The notes below the pieces were generated by a model. The model did no database searches, was not told the origin of the DNA, and worked only from the letters and a program-made list of their open reading frames with translations. Shown in pieces: positions 1 through 9,647 of a DNA stretch of 64,000 nt; within the stretch, counting starts at the first letter, position 1, and each line of letters begins with the position of its first letter. The translations under genes and the position numbers were made by a program. The stretch is from Camelus ferus (lineage: Eukaryota): assembly GCF_009834535.1 (NCBI RefSeq), contig NC_045715.1, positions 22,072,001 through 22,136,000 on the forward strand. The letters are read 5' to 3'.

Positions 1-45
1 GTGTGCGTGCGCATGCACACGCGCACACACACACACCCCACTGAC

Positions 46-3000
46 CTCCAGCTCATCCTTGGAGGCTGCATCCAGCATCACAAGGTCCTTCAAGAAGGTG
101 CCAAGGTATGGGACTACACCCTGAGGTTAGAGGTGAGAGTCAGTCACCCCCACCACTGATCCGAGGGCTCCCCATCCCTCCGTACTTCCCTATCCCACTG
201 CCTGAGAAAACAAGTTTAATTCTCCTCACCCAGAGTGCCTCCCCTTCGCATCCAGCAGACTGCTTCCACTCTCCCACATCCCTTACTCCTTCACAGCCAT
301 CCTCCATTTGTCACTCACCCCACCCCGGAAGCCAGACCTCGGGCCCTTCTTGGAATTCGGCTCTAGAGAGGGTTGCAGCTTCACCTCCTGGTGGTGACAG
401 AACATTAAGATATGGGGGTGGGAGGGAGGAGCAGGGAGGGCTGGCAATGCCAGGGAATAGGGCCTCACCTGCAGGAGTAGCTCCCGGCTCTGGGAATAAT
501 TATCCTCCTCGGAGAAAATCTGGCAGAGGCTGGAGAAGACTCTGAGGCTGTCCCTGGGGGGGGTGGCAGCAGCCTTGAGGATGGGCCTGACTCAGTTCTC
601 CCCTTCCCCACCCTCACCCCAGCCCAGTGCCCCATCCTCCCCACCTGGTTGTTTCCCCCCAGGCTGCCCGAAGCCTGTGAATGGGGCTGGATTGCAGGGC
701 CGACACAACAGCATAAACTGAAGAGAAGTTTCGGAGCAGGCGGCACTCCTGTGGGGGTCACAGAGGGAGGCTGCTGCTGTGGGACCTCTTTCCACACCAC
801 AGTCCCCAAGAGGGCTGGTCCTATCTCTTACTTGTGCCACGCGGATCCACTTCTCCAGGAGCCGGGCCCTCTGAGGGGGACGAAGTGGCCGGACGGTCAC
901 CTCCCCAGACCGTTCTCCAGCTGAGGTAGCCCCCAGGACAGAGCTGACCACTGCCCCTGCCACCTTGTTGAACTGAGTGACAGTAGCCCGGACAGATGGG
1001 CAGAGGTGGGAATGTCCTGGCCGGTCTCTGTGACCCCACAGGCCCCCCAGACACTGGGAGGGGACCAGATTGAGAAACAGCTCCTGCAGGGCAGAGGTCA
1101 GAGGTTAAATTTCATAGTCAAGTGAGGTCAGCCTTCAAATATCAGGGGTGTGAGGATCTCAAGTGGCCAAGAATCCAGAGGGACACAGGGTTTGAAGGGC
1201 AACAACCAAGGGGAAATGGGGAAAGGTCAAAACTGGGTGGACAGAGGAGACTGGGAGCTGGATCAGGAAGGACTGGAAGCAAGGTAAGGATCTGGAGTCA
1301 GGGACAGGNNNNNNNNNNNNNNNNNNNNNNNNNNNNNNNNNNNNNNNNNNNNNNNNNNNNNNNNNNNNNNNNNNNNNNNNNNNNNNNNNNNNNNNNNNNN
1401 NNNNNNNNNNNNNNNNNNNNNNNNNNNNNNNNNNNNNNNNNNNNNNNNNNNNNNNNNNNNNNNNNNNNNNNNGAGTCCACCCGGGACCGGAGGTTGCGGA
1501 TGAGGTCAGCGCTGTCCCCCCCAACACCCTCCCCAGCTGCATACCCTGTCCGAAGCAAGAAACTCTCAAGCCGGTCAAGCTGACCCTTGACCTCAGAGCC
1601 AAAATCTTCAGGGTGAGAGGCCAGCCAGGTTGACAGTACAGAGATGGCTACCCTGGGAGAAGGGGAATCAGCCAGGGGTCAGATGACAGGCTGCAGCTTG
1701 GGCATAGGGAACCGAGAGGTTAAGGGCCAGGGGTCACTCACCCTTTTGTCCTCTCTAGTTCATCAGTAGGATGAGATTCAAGGGCTTCCAGCCTGGGGAG
1801 GGGAAGAGATTCTATCTGTCCGTTTTTTCCAAACCCCCAGTGGCTTTGACTATTTTGGTGACTATTCTGGCTTTAGAAAGTCCAGACACCTCCATGACCC
1901 TTGGTCTCTTATGACCCTGACCTGTCAGCCACAAGCCCTAGTAGGGCAGGTGTAGAGGTGAAGGCCCGGTGGGTGGCCAGGAAGGCTGCTGTGAAGGTCA
2001 CGTCAGCCCCTGATGTCCGGGCATCCAGCAGGTGTCGGACAAGGGCCTCCAGTGTGCCAGCTCGCAGCCTCCGGGAGGAACGCGGGGGAGGCCTCGGGGC
2101 CTGGGGAAGACAGAGGGCCCTTTTTCAACTCTGCCCCTAGGTCTCTGGGGGAAAAAATCCCAGACCTAGGAGAAGATCCAGGCTCACTGTATTAAAACTC
2201 AGAGAGAGCAGAAGACTTGACCTAAGTCACACAGCAGAGTCCGGTCTCCAGACCTCTAACCTAGCACTCCAGCCAGAAAGTTGGTCAGAGGGAGGGGAAC
2301 TGGGAGGCCAGAAGTCAAAGTTATGATCTCACCAAGGGATCAAGAGGCTGATACTGGCGACTTGTGACAGTAAAGATGGCACCATCCTCCTCCTCATCCC
2401 AGACAGATACAGGGACCTGGAGGAGCAAGGCAGGGTAGGTCAGAAAGTTCCACACCCCAACTGCCCAACCCTTACCCCCAGGCCCAACTCCTCCCTTGGT
2501 ACCCCTCACCTGTTGCGGAGGGAGGCAGTACCAGCGAGTACGAGGGGTGGGGGGGGCTGGTGACCCCAGGTCTCCCCCACTGGGGCCCAGACAGCCCCCC
2601 CCAAGCCGTCTTAGGGCCCGGTGGAGTCTAGGAAGTAGTAGTGGGGGGTTGGATGGAATGCAGAAACCCTGATCCTGGAGACTGCTGTAGCCCCTTCCCC
2701 CCAGAGCTGAACCCCAGAACAGAAGAGGATCAAGGCGCAAAGTGTAGAAAGGGGAAAGCGAGAAAGGTAGAAAGCCTGAGGCAGAGACCTTGAGAAGCTG
2801 AAACCTGTCACAGGCACAGCCGCATGCTCCGCCCTCCCCCGCAGGAACTGGCCAAGCCCAAAGAGTTAGTCCTTCCCCTTAGCCCCCTTTCCCCGGGTCC
2901 CTCAGCCCTGGAGACCCCCCTCAAGGTGGCGGCTCAGATCCCAATACAGGAAGGAGAAGGGGAAGTGGGTTGATGGGGGGGGGGCGTAGACTCAGAGAGT

Positions 3001-3835
3001 CATGTGACCCAGCCCTTCCCCCAACCGATCCCGAAAAACCAGACCTGCTAGTCACCCAGACTCTGGACCCAAGAGTCCAAAGCCTCGGGGCTCCAAATCC
3101 AACTTCTGGCCCTTCCCGAGGCCCCAATCCCAGCCACCGCCATTAGTCCCATAGAAAAGCAGGTGACCACCCGCCGATCGGCCTGGGATGGTCCCTTCAA
3201 GGTCCGAGAACCTTGGCTTCCCGCCTCCACCCAGCCCGAGGCTGGTGGGGGGAGGGGTCACGAAATCGAAGGGTTCCTTCCCCAATCCTGGATTCAGAGG
3301 AGCGGGTTACTGTGGAAACAAACCCCTCCCCGGCAAACAAAAATAAGGAGGGAGGCAGGGACCTAGACAAAATGCCCAGAGACAAGCACAAGCGGGCATA
3401 GGTGGAGCGGGCCAGAGACCCGCAGGAGAGCCAGCCAGACGCTCCTGGCAGAAACCGGGCAGGTTCCTGCGGGCAGGTCCTGAATCACACTGCCACAGAG
3501 AACCACAGAAACGCCGGGACTCCCCGCAGCGGGGAGACAGGCAGACACCAGCAAGGGGCACGGAAGTAGCTGAGGCTGGGAGGAAGAGATGAAGGGACAC
3601 AGAGACACGAAGAGAAAGGTGGAGAGTCTCTGAAATATACACGCCCAACCTCCCACCACCCGCATCTCACCTCGTCTTCTTCTTCCTCCTCCTCCTCCTC
3701 CTCCTCCTGCCCCCCGCCCACGCCCCGGCCACCTGGGCCCCCACCCTCTTCGGGGTCTCGGCTCCGGAAGCTGCTCAGCACGACTCCCCCGGAGGGGCTC
3801 GTGTCCCAAAGCAGCCGCAGGGGCCGCGGGAGCAT
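46..3835 (-). CDS. RGL2: Ral guanine nucleotide dissociation stimulator-like 2, 5' part (gene continues off the left edge)
   Basis: ATG at 3835 gives [32 protein letters not shown]. Phase-consistent GT-AG coding exons: 3671-3835, 2333-2416, 1922-2100, 1742-1792, 1652-(gap 1309-1472), 832-1083, 645-748, 469-553, 319-387, 46-120. Peptides match RGL2 REM and CDC25 RasGEF regions as recalled ([33 protein letters not shown]). Confidence 0.97.
1309..1472. other. Assembly gap (N x164) covering the end of an RGL2 exon
   Basis: Run of N. Confidence 0.99.
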
Positions 3836-4620
3836 GGCCGAGTGAAGGAATCAGCGGGGTCGGGCCATGGGGGCGCCTGGGGAGAGACAGGAGGGGGAGG
3901 CAGGTGGAGAGTCAGGTGGGCGCGGGGAAGCCGGGAGGGGAGGTACGCGGGTGGGTTCTATGTTTTACTAGATGGGAGTCCTGCAGGGAGGCTGGGCGGG
4001 GGGCAACACAGGGGTGGAATTGGGGGGGGGGGCTGGTGCATTTTGAGGATGGGGGTCACGAGTACAGGAACGGGCAGGGTCACTGGGTGCTCTGGCTCTG
4101 ACCTGCTCTGGATGGGTGGGGGCAGCGCGGGTCCCGGGCCGCTGTTCCCGTCCGTCTCCGGCCCCCGATCAAGTTCCTGGACTGAGTCCCCTCCCCGGCT
4201 TTTCCGCACCCCCTTGTACCCCCCCCCCCCCGCCAGACTCCCGGGCCCTCCCGCCCTTTCCGCTCCCCCCAACGTCCGCCCGCTCCGAGAGCAGGAGCCA
4301 AAAAGGGAAGGAAGTGAGGACAGGAGCCAGGGCTGCGGACTAGGGGAGCGTTGGACACCAGAGGTCAGGACCCAGAGGCCCGGGTCACGAGCAACGCTGT
4401 CCTTGGGTCCCACTGACTCGGGGATCCTGGAATTCAATTCGCCCCGCACTGAATTGGGATAAAGATTCCAGTCTCCAGCCCCCGGGGAAGAGCAGGAGCA
4501 GTATTTGACATCCCCCTCTCCCGACACAACGACGAGGCTAAAACTCCCGCGGGAAGTGTTTTAGGCTGGGACGGACCTAGTTACTCCAGCCTTCGGGGTT
4601 ACTCTCCCACCCGCACTCAC

Positions 4621-4800
4621 GCGTATAGCAGGCCGAAATCCACTCCGGCTTTTCCGAGAAACCCTCGGCTTCCGCCCGCTTGAAAGGGGGCGGGGCAGGA
4701 AGCTGCCACTTCCGGTTCCAGACGGCGCTCCGGGGTTTCCGAGGCTGGGATCTCAGCTCCCTTACGGTCATCCCCGGAGAGCCGAGGCTTGAGGGCATCC
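4621..4800 (-). promoter_or_regulatory. RGL2: RGL2 CpG-island promoter and probable non-coding exon 1
   Basis: CpG-rich; GC box GGGGCGGGGC near 4686, ETS core CACTTCCGG near 4707, strong minus-strand donor CGC|GTGAGT with exon end at 4621. Exon 2 acceptor gives exon start at 3876. Confidence 0.6.
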
Positions 4801-4975
4801 TGCCTGCCATTAGCGGCGCCTGACCCCAAAGTGTTTCGAAAGGGGATTGGGTATCGCAAAGGCGTTTTAGAGGTCCGGGTCACGAAGGAACCACTGGTGA
4901 CTGGAAGTCATTGTGCTTGGAAAGGGGATCCCTGGAGTAGAATGGAGACATCCCCGTTGGAAGCACTCGAGCAAC

Positions 4976-4981
4976 TTTATT
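4976..4981 (-). terminator. Probable TAPBP polyadenylation signal (AATAAA)
   Basis: TTTATT on + strand about 1.07 kb past the TAPBP stop and just upstream of the RGL2 promoter; assignment is inference. Confidence 0.55.
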
Positions 4982-5544
4982 TCCCACAAGATTAGACCCG
5001 CTCCCCGCGTCTGTTTTGCCGACCATTCTGCCCTCCTGAGGTCCCTAAGCCGAGGCGGCCGCTTCCTTCCTCCAATAGTTACTTGCTCCAACACCTGATT
5101 TTGAATACTTAGGACGCCAAAAGACTCCAATTTCTTACATTGAGCGGCCTCCAGTGGGCGCCAGGCCCTTTGCCTGCGCGGAGGACACAGCAGTGGACAG
5201 ACAGGCTCATCCTGGCCTTTGAGAGGCCCGACAGTCCGGGCGGGGAGACAGGCATTTAACAACGACTCGAACGATTACTTAAATACAACCATGGCGAACC
5301 GCACAAGAGGGACACGCGGCGGTCTGAGGGAATAACGAGGCTGACCTGGTCTGGAGCCCGGGGAGGGCGAGGGTGGACCAGACCGAGGGAAAAGAGCTCT
5401 GGGACCCAGGGAGGATAAGAGGCCATTGGAGGAAAGGATTAGCCGCCGGTGGGACAAGCATCGAGAGGAGGGCTGGAGAGCACCAAGTGGGCTTGAAGAG
5501 GGATGCATAGGCCAGGACAAGAAGAATGGATCTGGCCTCTAGAG

Positions 5545-5870
5545 CACCGGTTCCTATTCCAGAGGTCCCTGAGACTATTTCAGGGGGGTATTTAAACTAT
5601 TTTCATAACAATACTAAACTATTATTTGCCTCTTCGCTCTCATTCTCTAAAAAATGTACAGTAGAGTTTTCCTGAAGCTACATGGTGTGTAGTGACATTG
5701 TCCTCACAGCTAATGGAAGTGTGCTTGTGTATTCCTGTGTATTAAATTGTTCTCAATTTTAAGTTCTAATACAATAAATGTCTATAGTTTATAACCCACA
5801 CAAGAAAAGCTCTATAGAGTCCTTGGTAATTTTTAAAAGGTCCTAAGACCAAAAATTTTGAGAACCGCTG
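5545..5870. mobile_element. Non-autonomous hAT-Charlie DNA transposon (MITE)
   Basis: Perfect 8-bp target-site duplication CTCTAGAG (5537-5544 and 5871-5878); Charlie-like terminus TTTTGAGAACCGCTG. Confidence 0.85.
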
Positions 5871-6047
5871 CTCTAGAGCTCTAAGAAGGTGAATACCGTG
5901 GATTTGTGTCTTTTAAGAAAACATTCTGGCCGCTCAGTGGAAAGAGACTGAAGGGATCAGGAACAGAGGGTGTACAATTTGGGAGAGTTACTACAATAGC
6001 TCAGACCAGAGATGATCATGGCTTCCCCAGGATGGTGGCGAGTGGCC

Positions 6048-9000
6048 TCACTGTGTTTTCTGGAAGAGAAGTGAAAAGGAGGTGAGGAATTCAGGATTTT
6101 AGAAAGCAGGGTGAAGTGTTTATGGTCAATCCAGAGACAAATTAACATCACAGGCACAGACGGTGGCAGAAGAAAGAGGCTAACACTTTCTGTATGTTTT
6201 CTGTCTGGTGGATGCTGTGCCAAGGGGTTTTGCTCCTGCATCTTTCAAAGGAGATGCACTATCTCTAATCATCCCAACAGCCCTCCGAGCCTCTGCTGTC
6301 CAGTAGGGAATCCACCACCCACTTGTGTCTGTTGAGCATTTGAAATGTGGCTAGTCCGAATTGAGGTGTGCTGACAGTTTAAAATAAACCCCTGCTTTTG
6401 AAGACTTAGGATAGAAAAAAACACTGTAATTTCTTATACTGAGTACATGTCAAAGTGATAATAGTAAGGATATATTAGGTATATTTTTACCTTTTTAATG
6501 CAGCCACTAGAGTATGTACTTAAATTTACCTCTGTGGCTTGCATGATATTTCTGTAGGACAATGCTGCCTAAGTAATTTATTGTTTAATTTTTTTACTTA
6601 ATTTTTTTGGAGGTACTGGGGATTGAACCCAGGACCTTGTGCATGCCGAGCATACACTCTACCACTGATCTATACCCTCACCCCCATCCCCAATTTTTTA
6701 TCCCTACATCCAAGAAAGCTGAGGTGTAGCATGTTCAAGGTGGCCAGGTTTAACAGAGGTTTGTGTGAATTCCAAGTCTGGTTTCTACCCACCAGGCCAG
6801 CAGCCTCCCTCGTGGGTGAGGAGTTGGAAGGAAGGGTTAAATGAGAAGGGAAAGATAAAGGAAGGTGGAGTGTTGTTACCTTCTCTGTTGAATCCTTGGA
6901 AGTGGCCTGGTAGGCAGCTGTGGAGAGAGATGGAGAAAGGATGGGATGGGGGAGTAGTAGGGCAGAGGAATGGGGGTGAAGCTTCTGGGAGTAGGCAGAG
7001 AATGTCTGCCAGTCAAGGGTCCCAGTCTAGGTGGGGTTCACACTCACCAGCCCAGCCCAGCGCCTTGACAAGCCCGAGGATGAGAAAGGCAGACAGGAAG
7101 AGGCCTACGCCGTCCTCCAGAGAGGGCCCAGAGAGACCTGGCAAGGAGAAGCTGTAAGAGTGAGTCTTACATTCCCAGGCACCAGACCCCAGCTTCTCCA
7201 TCTTCCCAGCTCTTACCTGCCACCTGCAGGGTGACCTCGGCGCTGCGCCCCAAGGCTGGCAGGCTAGGGTGGTGGACACGACAGGCATAGCGTGCCCCAT
7301 GCTGCCTAGTGGTGACTGGGGGTGGTTGCAGGTGTGCAGAGAGACTGACAGAGCCATCTGAGTGGTGGCGCAGGGCAGACAGCCACCTCTGCCCCTCGGC
7401 CTTCTGAAAGCTGCCCTCTGGACCTCCCCGGAGCTCCCACTCCACCTTCAGGCTGTCAGAGGGGTAGAAGTGGGACACCAGGCAAAGCAACTCCGGGGGT
7501 GCCTCCCCGGGGGCGGCCCATACAAGAGGTGCTGGTGTCAGGGACACCGTGGGGGGCTCTGAGGAGAGAGTGAGAAAGGAGCATGGGGGAATCATCTACA
7601 TTGCCCTGCCTCGGAGACCCTCAGTGGGCCCTCTGGCTCCCCCCAAACTGAGAGGGGTTTGGGTTTTTTCTTCCAGGATGGGGAGCCCACCAACTGCCCA
7701 TTGGTGTTTCACAGGAATCCCTGTGCCAAGGCCCCTATTCTCAGGGACCCCTATTCCCTCAGATTTGGGAATGTTCATCCCAAAGCCTCTCTGACACCCA
7801 GGGACCCAAGTCTGTCTCCCTCTACTCACCCAGCACCCTTTTCTCCACCATCCCTCCCCTTGTCATGGTGTCCCCATAACCCCAATGACCACCCTCTACC
7901 CATGGGGACCCCTATCCCCTCACTCACTCTGCACAGCAAGCTCCAGGGTGATCTGCCCTTGCAGGTATGGCAGGTGTACAATGGCCAGATAGGTGCCCTC
8001 CTGGAAGGGCCGCACTGCAGGCAGCCAGAAGGTTCCATTTCCGGTCCATGGACCCAAGGGCTCCTCATCATCCCAAGCAGCAAATGCCACCGCTCCCTCT
8101 TGGGCAGCTGGCATTTGCGCATTCAGCCCAGGAGTTGCAGCCAGCAGCAGGTGCCCCTTACCCTGGTGTTGCCGTCGCCACTCCAGCCCAAAGGGAGGGG
8201 GACCTGGGGCCAGACATGTAGCAGCCTTGGGGGTGGGCGGCATGTAAGCAAAGCTCAAGTCCAGCAGGGCATCTTCTCCCAGTCGGATGCGAGGGGTGGG
8301 GGTGTGAGTGAGGACAGTCAGCACAGCTAGGGAGCATGGGGAGAGGAGGGAGTGGAGGGGCATGCGGGAGAGAAAGAAGGAAAAAATAGAGACATGGAGT
8401 TATGGGGGGATTCAACTCCAATTTACCACCCCACCTTCTTCCACCATCTCCCAGCCCTCCCTGCAAATCCCCTTTGCCTGAGACTGAGTGGCACCCGGTG
8501 TGACTGAGAGTGAGCAGAGAGGTCTAGAGGCGAACAAGAGCAGTGAATGGGGATGGCCATTGAAGGCTGCTCTGAACACACAGCCTGCTCAAGCTCTGGG
8601 GACAGCGGGATCTGAGTGTGCTTCTGACTCAACCTGAACCAGTCCAGTCTCCATACCCTACCCTTGGAGAGCCAGGCCTTTAGTTTGCTGGTGAACACAG
8701 TGAAGACTCAGGACTGTCAACCCTGTGGTGCTATACAGAGTATTTACCGACTCTGGAAGGTTCTGGTTTTTGCCTAAACCTGAACACAGACTGCTGTGAT
8801 CTACTGAGGCAGTATACGCAGTAAGTACCTGGAGCCTTGTGGCTCCATTAAATAAATAAACAAACAAACAAACACACACATACACAAACCTAATTATCTC
8901 CCCACCAAAAAAAAAAAAAAGGGGGGAAAAAGAAAAAGACAGGCAGCCTCTGCCCTCAAATTGTGTACAGTCTAATAAGGCAGATAGATGATCAAACTGC

Positions 9001-9615
9001 AAAATAAAATGTGCCATGTGCTATCCCCATAAGGCCCTACTTCTGTGTCCCAAATAGATCTTACGTCTGTTTCCAACTCAAGTTCTCATCAATATACACC
9101 TGGACAATGACAACAGCCTCCTCTCAGGTCTCCCTATCCTCAGTCTCTCTCGCCCCTTCATTTCTTCCTCCACACTGTAACCAAATAATGTGGCTTCAAG
9201 TCTGATCCAGTCACTTGCCTATTTAAAAATATCAGCTACCTAAGAGGCCAGCAACTAAAGGCACAGGCTAAAGCTAGATGGCTTGGGTTCAATTCTGAGC
9301 CCTGCTTCTTACAAGTTGCACGGCCCTGGGCAAGTCACCTAACTGCTCTGTGTCTCATATTTCTTCATCTGTGACATGGGGATAATATCAGTACCTAGTT
9401 CTTACAGTTGTTGAGAGGAATAAATAAGATTATGCCTATAAAGTGCTTAGAACAGGACCTGGCATACAGAAAATACTTAGCTGTTACTATTTTCATTACT
9501 GTCATCATCATCAATTTGGGAAAATGACTTTATATTTTACCCGTTAGTCTAATGATATGATCCTTGCCTACCTTTTGTAAAAATCTAGTAAAATAGCAGG
9601 CTTCTGGGGAAATGG

Positions 9616-9647
<32 letters not shown>

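Noticed and set aside
3842-4462. 206-aa plus-strand ORF and 189-aa minus-strand ORF (3958-4527) in RGL2 intron 1
   Set aside because: Gly/Pro/Arg-rich, no recognisable domain, non-ATG starts; expected by chance in GC-rich CpG-island DNA.
7659-8330. 223-aa plus-strand ORF
   Set aside because: Antisense shadow of TAPBP exon 4; no independent protein signal.
8831-8846. Histone-type 3' stem-loop
   Set aside because: Geometry (6-bp stem, 4-nt loop) fits but the sequence does not match the GGCTCTTTTCAGAGCC consensus, and no histone ORF lies upstream.
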